From assembly GCA_943787795.1 (NCBI GenBank), contig CALSNU010000004.1, positions 1-64,000 of the forward strand: DNA of 64,000 bases, written 5' to 3'. Below, piece after piece: positions 27,818 to 37,875 of this stretch. The notes under the pieces were generated by a model. That model made no database searches. It saw only the letters and a list, made by a program, of their open reading frames with translations, and was not told the DNA's origin. Source of the stretch: an uncultured bacterium (lineage in GTDB: Bacteria > Planctomycetota > UBA1135 > GCA-002686595). The translations under genes were made by a program, and so were the position numbers. Each line of letters begins with the position of its first letter. Within the stretch, counting starts at the first letter, position 1.

Positions 27818-28825
27818 TCAGGCCTCGTCCAGCCCGCGGACGACCCGGTGTGCGTCGCGGAGGACCTCGTCGACACCCGTTCCGAGGACCGAGGACATGC
27901 CCAGCACAGACCTCCCGGCGACGCCGCGGAGCTGATCGAGCCGCTCCTCCCAACCCTCGTCCTCGAAGCACTTGGACGCCACCGTCAGCCGAGGCTTCGC
28001 GTGCAGCTCGGGCGAGTACCGCCGGAGCTCGTCTTCCAGGGTCTCCCAGGCCGCCGCCGGGTCGCGCTCGGCCGCCTCCGACACGTCCACGAGGTGAACG
28101 AGGATCCCGCACCGCTCAACGTGCTTCAGAAATCGATGACCGAGCCCGGCCCCCTCCGCTGCCCCCTCGATCAGCCCAGGGAGGTCGGCGATCACGAGCG
28201 TGTCGTAGTCCTTGACCCGGGCGATCCCGACCTGGGGGTCGAGCGTGGTGAACGGGTAGTCCGCGACCTTGGGTCGAGCGGCTGTGACCCGGCTGATGAA
28301 GGTGGACTTGCCCGCATTGGGGAAGCCGAGCAGCCCCACCTCCGCGAAGATCTTCAGCTCCAGCCGCAGCCGCCGCTGCTCCCCAGGCGTCCCCAGGGTG
28401 GCCTTCCGCGGCACTTGCCTGATCGCCGTCGCGAAGCGAGTGTTGCCCTTCCCCCGCCTGCCGCCTTCCGCCACCACGAGACGGTCCTCGGGCTTCGCGA
28501 GGTCGCGCATGAGGTTGCCGCGCTCGGAGTCATAGACGAGCGTCCCGACCGGGACGCGGATCTCCTCGTCTGCAGCGCTCTTGCCCGTCCGGTTCCGCGG
28601 GCCGCCTGGCTGGCCGTTGCGAGCCGCGTAACGGAACCGGCGGCCGATGTCGAGCAGCGAGTGGATGTTGGGATCCGCCACGAACACGACGCTGCCGCCG
28701 TTCCCACCATCGCCGCCGTCAGGGCCGCCGAGGGGGACGTGCGCCTCCCGTCGGAAGGAGACGATCCCGTCCCCGCCCTTGCCGGCGACCACCTCAACCT
28801 CAGCTTCGTCGCGGAACGTGGACAT
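27818..28825 (-). CDS. obgE: GTPase ObgE/CgtA
   Basis: FRDEA, GGPDGGDGGNGG, GFPNAGKS, ADYPFTTL, DLPGLIEGA; follows rplU-rpmA. Confidence 0.96.
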   Translation of the reverse strand: MSTFRDEAEVEVVAGKGGDGIVSFRREAHVPLGGPDGGDGGNGGSVVFVADPNIHSLLDIGRRFRYAARNGQPGGPRNRTGKSAADEEIRVPVGTLVYDSERGNLMRDLAKPEDRLVVAEGGRRGKGNTRFATAIRQVPRKATLGTPGEQRRLRLELKIFAEVGLLGFPNAGKSTFISRVTAARPKVADYPFTTLDPQVGIARVKDYDTLVIADLPGLIEGAAEGAGLGHRFLKHVERCGILVHLVDVSEAAERDPAAAWETLEDELRRYSPELHAKPRLTVASKCFEDEGWEERLDQLRGVAGRSVLGMSSVLGTGVDEVLRDAHRVVRGLDEA

Positions 28826-28894
28826 ATCAGATGTGCAAGCGCCGGCGCTGGACGGGAGTGTCCTGGCGCCGGCGCAGAGCGGACCCGGTGAGGG

Positions 28895-29143
28895 TCACTC
28901 GGCCGTGGCGTCCACGTGGACGCGACGACCCGTCTGGAAACGGACGGTGCCGTCCACCAACGCGTACAGGGTGTAGTCGCTGCCGAGGCCGACGTTGGTG
29001 CCCTGCTTGAAGCGGGTGCCGCACTGGCGAACGATGATGGTGCCGGCGGTGACCTGCTGGCCACCGAAGCGCTTCACGCCGCGAAACTGGGGGTTGGAGT
29101 CGCGGCCGTTTCGGGTCGAGCCCTGTCCTTTCTTGTGTGCCAT
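28895..29143 (-). CDS. rpmA: 50S ribosomal protein L27
   Basis: [16 protein letters not shown]. Confidence 0.98.
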   Translation of the reverse strand: MAHKKGQGSTRNGRDSNPQFRGVKRFGGQQVTAGTIIVRQCGTRFKQGTNVGLGSDYTLYALVDGTVRFQTGRRVHVDATAE

Positions 29144-29175
29144 GTCTGTGGTCTCCTTTCAGGCGCCGAGCGGGC

Positions 29176-29490
29176 TCAGCCGTTGATGTCCGTGATCCGG
29201 ACGCGGGTGTAGGACTGCCGGTGGCCGCGCTTGACGCGGATGTTCTTGCGGCGCTTGAAGCGGAACACGACGACCTTGTCGCCGCGTGCCTCTCCGACCA
29301 CCTCGCCGGAGACCTTGGCGCCCGCGACGGTGGGCTTGCCGATCTTCACCGAGCCCTCCTCGCCGACGAGCAGGACGTGGTCAAAGGTGATCGTGGAGCC
29401 GCGCTCTGCGTCGTCCATGAGATCGCAGAGGATCTCATCGCCGACGCGCACGGTGGCCTGATTGTTTCGGTCGCTGATGATCGCGTACAT
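29176..29490 (-). CDS. rplU: 50S ribosomal protein L21
   Basis: MYAII...KVVVFRFKRRK...GHRQ; start ATG 29490. Confidence 0.96.
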   Translation of the reverse strand: MYAIISDRNNQATVRVGDEILCDLMDDAERGSTITFDHVLLVGEEGSVKIGKPTVAGAKVSGEVVGEARGDKVVVFRFKRRKNIRVKRGHRQSYTRVRITDING

Positions 29491-29763
29491 CTGAGTCTGG
29501 TCCGGGCCCAAGCGCTCCGGATGGAGCACGCCGGGGCGTCCGGCTATCCCACGGTGTTCTCTCCCGGGGGCCGCTCGGCTGGCCGAGGGGGCGGAGAGCA
29601 TACGTCGCCCCCCTCCTGAGCACAACTGCCCCGCCGCGCCTCCTCAAGAGTCCCCTGGCCCCCTCCCCAGTGCCCAAAGCAGGCCATGTGCCCACAGCAG
29701 GCCGGCACGAGGGGGGATGCCCCTGGAACCAACCCGAGGGCCCGACGGAGCAAGGCGAATAGA

Positions 29764-29798
29764 GAGGGCCGCGGCTGCGTCGAACAGCCGCGGCCCTC
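29764..29798 (-). terminator. Hairpin terminator after rne
   Basis: Perfect 14-bp stem gagggccgcggctg/cagccgcggccctc. Confidence 0.65.
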
Positions 29799-29843
29799 GT
29801 GTCGGTCCATGTCGGCCCAGGAGGCAGCCCTCCCGGGCGCCTC

Positions 29844-32800
29844 TCAGCGCTTGCGGCGGCCGCCTGGGCGGACCTCGCGGCCGTCAGCGCGGAGGTAGCG
29901 CAGGACGCTGTCCTCCATCTGGTCGGGTACCGAGGTGAGCTCGATCTGCTTCTCGGAGCGGTGCTCGAGAGCACGCACCCAGTCCCAGAGGTCCTCCTTC
30001 AGGTACTGGACGACCTCGGGGTGGGCCCTGACCTCGACCTTGGTGAAGCCCTTCTGGACCACGGCGCCGCCGAGCCGACGGAGGATGGCCTGGGAGCGGG
30101 ACTCGATGGTCCGGACCCGGCCTGTGCCTCGGCAGCGGGGGCAGGCCTGGAAGACCTTCTTGTGCGTGCCTGGGCCGAGCCGCTGGCGGGTCAGCTCGAG
30201 CAGCCCGAACTGACTGATCCGCCCGAGCTTGCTCCGAGCGCGATCGTCCGCGAGGGCATCGCGCAGCGAGCGCTCGACCTGACGGTTGCTCGACGAGCGG
30301 ACCATGTCGATGAAGTCGCACACGATGATCCCGCCCATGTCCCTGAGCTTGATCTGCCGCGCGATCTCGGGGACCGCCTCCATGTTGGTCTTGAGCGCGA
30401 TGTCCTCGAAGTCGTAGCTGTCCGTTCGGGTGCTGCCGGAGTTGACGTCGATCGCGACCAGCGCCTCGGCCTGGTCCAGCACGATGGAGCCGCCCGAAGG
30501 CAGGTCCACCCGACGGGAGAAGATCCGCTCGAACTCCTGCTCCAGCCCGATCTCCTGGAAGAGCGGCCGGTCCCCCTCGTAGCGCTTGATGCGGTCGACG
30601 TGCTCCGGCATGAGCTTCTCTGCGAAGCTCACCATTTGCTCGTAGACCGTGAAGTCGTCCACGAGCACCTCCTTCGTCCGCCGGTTGAAGAGGTCCCTGA
30701 GTGTCCTGGTGGCCACGTCCGACTCGAGGTAGAGCGGAGCCGGGCCGCGGCTCGCCCGCAGCTTCTTCCCGAAGGACTCCCAGAGGCCAAGCAGGTAGTC
30801 GAGGTCTCGCTGGAGATCGACCTTCGTTCGCCCGACGCCCGCGGTCCGGACGATGACCCCCATATCGGAAGGGGTCTTGAGGCTCGCGAGAATGCGCTTC
30901 AGGCGCTTGCGCTCCTTGTCATCCGGGATCTTCCGACTCACACCGGTCCGCGACATCGACGGCATCAGGACGAGGTACCGCCCGGGCATCGAGATGTAGG
31001 TGGTCAGCGTCGGCCCCTTGTCGCCGATCGCGTCCTTGGTGACCTGGACCACGACCTGGTCCCCCACCTTGAGGAGCTGATCAATCGGGCGCCGCTCCCG
31101 CTGGGGGCGGCGCTCGGAGCGGCCCCTCGCGCGAGTCCCGCCCTTGGCCCCGCTCTTGCTCGCCTTGCGACGCGAGGAGGCCTTCTTCTTGGACTTCCGC
31201 TCGGGCTTCTTGGCCGACTTCTTCCTGGAGGTCTTCTTGGCGCTGCCCTCGGACCCCTCATCGGCCGAGGCCGCCTTCTTGCGACTGCGCTTACGGCTGG
31301 AGGGCCGCTTGCGGGCGTCGCCATCCGAGTCGGCGTCGCCGCTCGGCTCGCCATCGCCCTCCGAGGAAGAGGCCTTCTTCTTGGAGCTGCGACGCTTGCG
31401 CTTCTTCCGTGCAGGCTTGGCATCTCCCTCGCCGCTCGGAGCGTCGCCGTCGTCCATGGACGCCACGCGCGAGGATGCGGGGCGCCGCGACCGCGACCGG
31501 AGGGACCGTGTTCCACGCGGCTCCTCCTCCTCGTCGTCCCCGATGCCCTGGGCGAAGCCGGGTGCGGCCTCGTCCCCATCTTCTTCGGCGTCTGAATCTG
31601 ATGTCCCCTCGGAGGCCTCCGCGCGGTCTTCATCAGCGCGGTCGTCCTCGGCGTCCGCTGAGTGGCCGCTGGCCTCGTCCGACGCGGCGCCGGCATCTTC
31701 CTCGCCGGAGCCCGAGTGATCCTCGTCGTGGCTCCCCTCTTCGGGAGCCCCGCCGCGAGGATCTCCGTCGCCGGGTTCTCCGTCACCGGGGTCTCCGTCG
31801 CGGGGATCCTCGTCGTTGGGATCCTCGTCGTCGTACCCCTCGTCGTCGTCGTGATCCTCGTCGAGAGCGTCCGCCTCTTCCGACCAGTCTGCGTCGTGAT
31901 CGCCCTCCTCATCGTGGTGACCCCCGGTGAGCAGGTCCTCCAGTTGGAAGTCCTTGTCGGCGTAGATCGGGAGCACGTCCGAGGTGTGCAGGAAGCCGTT
32001 ACGGCCCTGCCCGAAGTCGATGAAGGCCGCGCCAATGGCGGGCTCCAGGTTGACGACACGGCCCCGGTAGATGTCGTTCACGAGCGTCTTCTGACTCTCG
32101 GCGGTCATCAAGATGTCTTCGATCCGACCGTTCTCGTAGACCGCCACCCGGCGCTCCTCCGGCTCCACCGCGTTCACCGCGATCGTCTGAGTTCGCAGCG
32201 CCTCGGCCTCCGCGGCCTTCTCCTCCGCGGACTTTGTCGCCGCGGCGGCGCCGGACTTCTTGGAGCGTCGACGAGTCTTCTTCGCCGAGCGCCCTTCAGC
32301 GTCAGCATCAGCGTCGCGCTCGGCATCGAGCTCAGCGTCGGGGTCTCCCTCGGAGCCCGACCGGCCCGTGGCCTTCTTCCTCGACCGGCGACGGCGGCGC
32401 TTCTTCTTGCCGCCTTCGCCATCAGGTCCGGAATCGCTCGAATCGGAGGACTCGCCGCCGTCGACGGACCGGCCTTCTTCTGACTCCTGCTCCCTGGAGA
32501 GCCCTTCGCCTGAGCGGGTCTCCGCCTCACCGTCTTCGGAGGGCTCAGTCCGACTCGACTTGCGACGGGACTTCCGGCGGGTCCGCTTCTTGCGGCCCCC
32601 CTCGGGCGGGTCCTCGTCAGCGCTCGCGTCATCGGAACCAGAGCGGCCGCGACCGCCAGCGAGTTCGTCTTCCTCGCCGGGGATGGCGTCCACCTCGGCC
32701 GAGTCCTCATCATCCCCGTCACCGCGCTTGCGGCGGCGACCGCCACGGGAACCGCGCCGGCGCCTCTTGCGCCCGCCGCGCTCATCGGAGTCGCCGCTCT

Positions 32801-33362
32801 CATCAGAGTCGTCGCGACCTTGGGAGTCCGTGCCTTCAGAGTCGCGGGGTTCGGCGGCCTCTTCGCGGCTGCCGGAGTCTTCCCGGGGAGCGTCGTCAGG
32901 GTCGGCCTTCGGTGCGGAACGGCGCCTGGAGCCCCGTGACCTTGAAGCCTTGGAACGGGACACCTTGGAGCGGGAGCCTCCCTCGCCGTCCTCCTTGGCC
33001 TCTACCGAGTCACGGTCCGCGCCAGAATCCGGGCTCGCGCCTGAGGGCTCCTCTTGGCCAGAGGTCCCCCGCGCATCAGAGTCTCTCCGCGCATCAGAGT
33101 CTCCCCCCGCACGAGAGGACGCGGCTTTCTTTCGGACTGGCTTCTTCCGGACGCGTCGCTTGCGAGCCGGCTTCTCGGACGAGCTGCTCGACGCTTCGGC
33201 CGAGTCGGAGCCCGAGGCGCCGGAGCCAGACTCGATTCCGGCGCCGAAGCCGCCGGTGCCGGTCTCATCGGGGCCTTCCCACGAGGGGAGGCGGCTCGAG
33301 AGGGCGCGAAGAACCATCGAGTCAGCAGAGAGGCCTCTGCTGACGGGGTGCTGATCTGTCAT
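29844..33362 (-). CDS. rne: Ribonuclease E/G family with large disordered N-terminus and S1-domain insertion
   Basis: IYRGRVVNLEPAIGAAFIDFG, GFLH, VQVTKDAIGDKGPTLTT, AIDVNSG, DFIDM, CPRCRG Zn link. Confidence 0.92.
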   Translation of the reverse strand: MTDQHPVSRGLSADSMVLRALSSRLPSWEGPDETGTGGFGAGIESGSGASGSDSAEASSSSSEKPARKRRVRKKPVRKKAASSRAGGDSDARRDSDARGTSGQEEPSGASPDSGADRDSVEAKEDGEGGSRSKVSRSKASRSRGSRRRSAPKADPDDAPREDSGSREEAAEPRDSEGTDSQGRDDSDESGDSDERGGRKRRRRGSRGGRRRKRGDGDDEDSAEVDAIPGEEDELAGGRGRSGSDDASADEDPPEGGRKKRTRRKSRRKSSRTEPSEDGEAETRSGEGLSREQESEEGRSVDGGESSDSSDSGPDGEGGKKKRRRRRSRKKATGRSGSEGDPDAELDAERDADADAEGRSAKKTRRRSKKSGAAAATKSAEEKAAEAEALRTQTIAVNAVEPEERRVAVYENGRIEDILMTAESQKTLVNDIYRGRVVNLEPAIGAAFIDFGQGRNGFLHTSDVLPIYADKDFQLEDLLTGGHHDEEGDHDADWSEEADALDEDHDDDEGYDDEDPNDEDPRDGDPGDGEPGDGDPRGGAPEEGSHDEDHSGSGEEDAGAASDEASGHSADAEDDRADEDRAEASEGTSDSDAEEDGDEAAPGFAQGIGDDEEEEPRGTRSLRSRSRRPASSRVASMDDGDAPSGEGDAKPARKKRKRRSSKKKASSSEGDGEPSGDADSDGDARKRPSSRKRSRKKAASADEGSEGSAKKTSRKKSAKKPERKSKKKASSRRKASKSGAKGGTRARGRSERRPQRERRPIDQLLKVGDQVVVQVTKDAIGDKGPTLTTYISMPGRYLVLMPSMSRTGVSRKIPDDKERKRLKRILASLKTPSDMGVIVRTAGVGRTKVDLQRDLDYLLGLWESFGKKLRASRGPAPLYLESDVATRTLRDLFNRRTKEVLVDDFTVYEQMVSFAEKLMPEHVDRIKRYEGDRPLFQEIGLEQEFERIFSRRVDLPSGGSIVLDQAEALVAIDVNSGSTRTDSYDFEDIALKTNMEAVPEIARQIKLRDMGGIIVCDFIDMVRSSSNRQVERSLRDALADDRARSKLGRISQFGLLELTRQRLGPGTHKKVFQACPRCRGTGRVRTIESRSQAILRRLGGAVVQKGFTKVEVRAHPEVVQYLKEDLWDWVRALEHRSEKQIELTSVPDQMEDSVLRYLRADGREVRPGGRRKR

Positions 33363-33897
33363 CGTTGTAAAGCGCCCACCGAGGTGGCGCGCGCCCCGTC
33401 ATCCATCCCCCTCCGTGGAGGGGTTTGGGACCAGGCGCAGCGTCGACAACCGCGGGGCGCGTCGCGGCCCGCGATGGGCCGCTGGGTAACTGTGTTTCGA
33501 AGGGTGGGCGCGCGGCCGAATAGATTCGGCGCTGCGCTCCGGCGATCCCCGCACGGGTGGCGGGGCTGGACTTGGTCGGGATTGGTCGCTGTTCAGGCCG
33601 GAGACCAGTCAAACTGGCCTCAGGACCGCCCCACAGATGGCGGGGTGCAGCGGGTCCTTCTGGGGCTCGTCCGGGGATGACTCCCTGGCTTGATTGGACT
33701 CTCGCAGAGCCCATCCCCTGAGTCGAACATCCCCGCCCAAAAAAGGACGGAGGCAGCCCTGAGGGGCCCAGGAGTGGGGTTGCGCCCCCACTCTCGGCCT
33801 CCCGAGCGGCGCCCCTGACCCGGGGGCACCTGGCCCCGATCGGGGCAAGTATCGGGGTCGGAGACCCGCCTTCACGGGGGTCTCCGACCCGAGGATC

Positions 33898-35688
33898 TCA
33901 CTCAGGATCTTCGTCGAGGAGCGCCTCGACCTCATCCGCGAGACGGTTCTTGCGGCGCTGAAGTTCTTGCTGGAGCAGGAACTCGGCGTCCTCGGAGTTA
34001 TGCACGAGGGACGGCGTGATGAAGATCAGGAGGCTGCGGCGGTCGCGGGACTCGTTGCGGTACTTGAAGAGCTCGCCGAGGACCGGGATGCGCGAGATGT
34101 ACGGCACCCGGCTCAGGATCTTGGTCTCCGCGTCAGTCGTCAGGCCGCCGATGACCATGGTCTGGCCGCTCTCGAAGATCATCTGCGTGAACAGGGTGGA
34201 GGAGCGGGTTCGCGGCAGCGCGATGGACCCCTCACCGCCGGCGGAGCCGACCGTGAACACATCGAAGCCCGCCGGAGCGAGGGCGCTCGCGCCCGTTCCC
34301 GAGAGGCTCGTCTCCTTCGGGATGACCTCCATGCGGATCTTCCGGGTACCCGGAATGACGTTCGGGCGCACGAGCAGTTGGAAGCCGATCTCAACGGGCG
34401 ACCCCTGGGCCTCGGCCACGGTCAGCTGGAGACCGCCGGCCTGTCCCTGCTCGGACTTGGCCTCAGCGTAGCGGACCGTCTCCCCCACGAAGATCGTCGC
34501 CTCGTTGCCGTCGAGGGTCACGATCTTGGGGGCCTGGATGACCTCTGACTTCGTGTCCCGCTGGAGCATGCGCAAGGTCGCCTGCACCTGGTTGAAGCTC
34601 AGCGCGCCGAAGATCGTCGCGGGGACCTGGGTGATCCCTGCGTTGGTGGCGCCGCCCGCCGGGTCGTTCCCGGCGTAGGGTCCGAACCCGGTGTCCGAGG
34701 CGATGATGCTGTCCTCCCAGCCGCCCTCGCCCATGCTGAAGGGAAGCTCGATCGGGATCTGCCCGCCGGAGATGGAGACCCGGGCGCCCTCGTCGCCGTA
34801 GTCGACGCCGAGGTTGAGGAGGTCCGAGTTCGCTGTGGACACGAACTTCAGGTCGACGAAGATCTGCCCGGGCTCCACATCGAGGCGGCGCAGGATCTCC
34901 TGGATCGTCTCGTGCACCTGCGTCGTGTCGCGGACGAGGATCACGTTCTGTGACTCGATGAACGTCAGGTCACCCGTGTCAGAGAGCGCGCCGTCAAGCG
35001 CGGCGAGGATAGAGAAGTGCTCGGAGGCCGGCCCTGTCGGGGGCTGCGATTGCCCCTCCACAAACTCACTCTTCAGGACCGCCGCACGGGAGCTCTTCGG
35101 CCGGATGTAGCGCAGTTGATAGCTACGGGTCACCTTCTGCATCTCCAGTTGAGCAGGGTCGACCACGCTCAGGATGTTCCGCGCCTTCTCGACGACGGTG
35201 TAGCCCCGCGCCTCGCAGATCTGCTCCAGCGCATCGCGCCAGGGGACGTTCTTCAGGCGGAGCCTGATCGTCCCCTCGACCTCGGGTGCGATGACGACGT
35301 TGGCATCCGCCGCCTTCGCGATCGTGGAGATAACCTCCCGGATGTCCTGGTCGTCGAAGACGAACTCGACGCGAATCGGGCTGCTGATCGTCAGAACGCC
35401 GGACTTGTCCTCCTCGACCACGCAGCCTGCAGACTCCGCGGCGTAGTCCAGCGCATCGCGCCAGTACACGTCCGACAGCTTGAGCGTCTTGACCTTCGCG
35501 TCCCCCCCCGCGAGGATCACGAGGTTGGCGCCAGACTTCTCGCGGAGGTACTGGACGACCTCGGAGAGGTCTCGCTCGACGATGTCGATGTCGACTCGGG
35601 CGTCGAGGCTAGGCACCTGGGCGTTCGCGAGCGGAGTGAGCGCGGCCAGGCAGAGGCCGATCGCGTTGAGGCGGTTGATGAGTTTCAC
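33898..35688 (-). CDS. pilQ: Outer-membrane secretin (PilQ/GspD family)
   Basis: Signal peptide, two N0-like domains (WRDAL twice), APKIVTLDGNEATI, IGGL...RVPYISRIPVLGELF, LLIFITP. Confidence 0.92.
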   Translation of the reverse strand: MKLINRLNAIGLCLAALTPLANAQVPSLDARVDIDIVERDLSEVVQYLREKSGANLVILAGGDAKVKTLKLSDVYWRDALDYAAESAGCVVEEDKSGVLTISSPIRVEFVFDDQDIREVISTIAKAADANVVIAPEVEGTIRLRLKNVPWRDALEQICEARGYTVVEKARNILSVVDPAQLEMQKVTRSYQLRYIRPKSSRAAVLKSEFVEGQSQPPTGPASEHFSILAALDGALSDTGDLTFIESQNVILVRDTTQVHETIQEILRRLDVEPGQIFVDLKFVSTANSDLLNLGVDYGDEGARVSISGGQIPIELPFSMGEGGWEDSIIASDTGFGPYAGNDPAGGATNAGITQVPATIFGALSFNQVQATLRMLQRDTKSEVIQAPKIVTLDGNEATIFVGETVRYAEAKSEQGQAGGLQLTVAEAQGSPVEIGFQLLVRPNVIPGTRKIRMEVIPKETSLSGTGASALAPAGFDVFTVGSAGGEGSIALPRTRSSTLFTQMIFESGQTMVIGGLTTDAETKILSRVPYISRIPVLGELFKYRNESRDRRSLLIFITPSLVHNSEDAEFLLQQELQRRKNRLADEVEALLDEDPE

Positions 35689-35806
35689 CAGGAGTCCTTC
35701 TGTCCGACGAGCGGACGGTAGTTTGCTTGGAGTGGCGTTGATTGTTGATTGAACGGTGCGGAGCTCTGGGGCGGCAGCACCCCATCGCGCTCGAGCGGAG
35801 CGCGAC

Positions 35807-37213
35807 TCAGAACTCTCGCGTCACGATGGCGCCGCGGAAGATGAAGTCGACCTCGTTGGGCCGCACGTCGTGAACGACGAGCTCGTCTCCCACCGGGTCG
35901 CCGATGGTCTTGCGCTTGCCGTCGATGATGATCACGGGCTGGAGCCCCTCGATGATGGCGACGCCGCCGACCTTGAACTCCGCCCGACTGAAGTCGCGGA
36001 GGATGGTGGCTTCCTCGGAGAGGAGGATCAGCCAGTTGGCAAGCTCCTCGCGCTCCGGGTCGTCCACCAGCAGGTCCAGGGAGTCCTCGATCGCATCGAA
36101 GGCGTCGAGCGCGTACTCGTAGCGGAACCCCTCGATGTACCCGACCATGGTGTCGCCGACGGTCTGAAGCGCGGTCGCGCTTGGCCCCTCGATCGCCTTG
36201 CTCCGATCCAGCGCGAGGCGCAGGACCTCCAGCGGGTCCGCGACCATGGTGTCCAGCCGCTTACGCGCCGGACGATACGTGATGCGCCCCTCGTCCTCGA
36301 TCCGGCCGAGATCCTCTGCGATGCGGAGGATCAGCTTCTCGAGCTCGCTGCGCTGGACCATTCGCTCCAGGACGGACTTGGCGGCGATCGACGCGGCCCA
36401 GTATCCCTGCGCCTCCTCGACGCGGGCCACCAGCTCATCCACCTCTTCCTGTTGGCGCTGGACCGTCCACGCATTCGGGTCGTCCACGCGCGCTGGTACC
36501 CGGGGATCGACCAGCGGGTCCCGACGGCCGCGGGCGCCCTGGTAGCGATAGGTCTGGAGGGTCAGCGCCTGACGACGGACACCGATCTTGCCCGAGAGCA
36601 AGTCACGCTTTCGCTCGTAGCTCCGGATCTCGACCTCGCCCTCATCGGCGCCAGGAGGGACGTACTTGTACGTCTCGACGTCGAGGACGATCGCGTGGCT
36701 CGCGATCCCCTCGTCCAGGATCTGCCGGCGGTTCGCCGACTTGATGCTCAGGGAGGACACCGCCATGAAGCGGCTGTGGGTCTCGATGCGGTTCAGGAAG
36801 TCGAGCACTTGGAAGGTGTCGCCGGCCAGTCGCCACTGGTACGAGACGCGTTCGAACGCCGAGCGTGTGCGCTGCCGCGAACTCGCCTGGGACGTGGGCC
36901 TGAACCCTTGCGAGGAGACTCCCGCCTCCTGCATGTACTCCTGGAAGTCGCGGATGACGTTGTTAAGGTCCTTCGTATCCGGGAGGATTTCGCGGATACG
37001 ATCCGAGATCTCCCGGAGGATGATGACCTCTTGCTCCACCTCCGGCGTGGACTGCACGGTGGTGCGTGACCTCTTGATCTGGTCACGAAGGGAGACGACC
37101 TCGGCCTGCGCCGTGTTCACGTTCCCGAGCTCACTGTAGATGAGGTAGCCAAAGAGGAGCGCGAGGCCTGCGGTGATGCCGCAGAAGGCGGACCAGAACT
37201 GCTTGTCCTTCAC
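35807..37213 (-). CDS. PilO-like protein with fused PilP-like C-terminal region
   Basis: TM, coiled coil, EILPD, FLNRIE..SRF ferredoxin-like PilO core; then GRRDPL motif and a C-terminal beta domain; lies between pilN and secretin. Confidence 0.75.
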   Translation of the reverse strand: MKDKQFWSAFCGITAGLALLFGYLIYSELGNVNTAQAEVVSLRDQIKRSRTTVQSTPEVEQEVIILREISDRIREILPDTKDLNNVIRDFQEYMQEAGVSSQGFRPTSQASSRQRTRSAFERVSYQWRLAGDTFQVLDFLNRIETHSRFMAVSSLSIKSANRRQILDEGIASHAIVLDVETYKYVPPGADEGEVEIRSYERKRDLLSGKIGVRRQALTLQTYRYQGARGRRDPLVDPRVPARVDDPNAWTVQRQQEEVDELVARVEEAQGYWAASIAAKSVLERMVQRSELEKLILRIAEDLGRIEDEGRITYRPARKRLDTMVADPLEVLRLALDRSKAIEGPSATALQTVGDTMVGYIEGFRYEYALDAFDAIEDSLDLLVDDPEREELANWLILLSEEATILRDFSRAEFKVGGVAIIEGLQPVIIIDGKRKTIGDPVGDELVVHDVRPNEVDFIFRGAIVTREF

Positions 37214-37875
37214 TGGTCTTCCCCCTGTGCCGCTTCGCGGTTCTTGAGGCGGTCCTGCGGGCTGAGCAGGTTCATCCGGAGCGGGAACGACCAGGTCACG
37301 GAGGGGATGAGGGTCTCATCCGGCTGCTCCTGGGTCGCCTGGAGCGGCTCGGGCGCCTCGAACATCCCCATCAAGGACGAGAGTGAGGGGTCCTCGAGGT
37401 CCTCCGCGAAGTTCGCCAGCTGCGCGTAGGCCTCCGCGCCGGAGACGCTGTCCGCGGACAACTTGCCGAAGCTGTTCCTGTCCGACTTCACCTCGGCGTC
37501 GAGATTGTTGAACCAGATGAAGTGGTCCACGCCCTCCCGGCCGGCGTGGACGACGTCGATCATCTCGTCCAGTGTCTTGGTCCACAGGACCCGGTTCTTG
37601 GTGATCTCGGCGAGCGTCTGCTCGCGCTGGGACCGCGTCGAGATCTCGGCCTTGAGGCTGTTGTGGTAGTCGACCTGCCACTTGAGGCCTGAGAGGTCAG
37701 CCTGGAGCACGTCCCTGGTCGTCTCAACGTTGGCCTTGACCCCGAAGTGGAGGTAGCCCCAGTAGGCGAAGAGCGATGTGTTGAGGAGCACGGCCGCGCT
37801 GATGGCCGCGATCATTCCGATCGGGGACTTCGCTCTGCGGCGGTACTCTTCGGGAAGGAGATTGACGCTGATCAT
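37210..37875 (-). CDS. pilN: PilN-like protein
   Basis: N-terminal SVNLLP (INLLP PilM-binding motif), TM, coiled coil; 4-nt overlaps with both neighbours. Confidence 0.85.
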   Translation of the reverse strand: MISVNLLPEEYRRRAKSPIGMIAAISAAVLLNTSLFAYWGYLHFGVKANVETTRDVLQADLSGLKWQVDYHNSLKAEISTRSQREQTLAEITKNRVLWTKTLDEMIDVVHAGREGVDHFIWFNNLDAEVKSDRNSFGKLSADSVSGAEAYAQLANFAEDLEDPSLSSLMGMFEAPEPLQATQEQPDETLIPSVTWSFPLRMNLLSPQDRLKNREAAQGEDQ

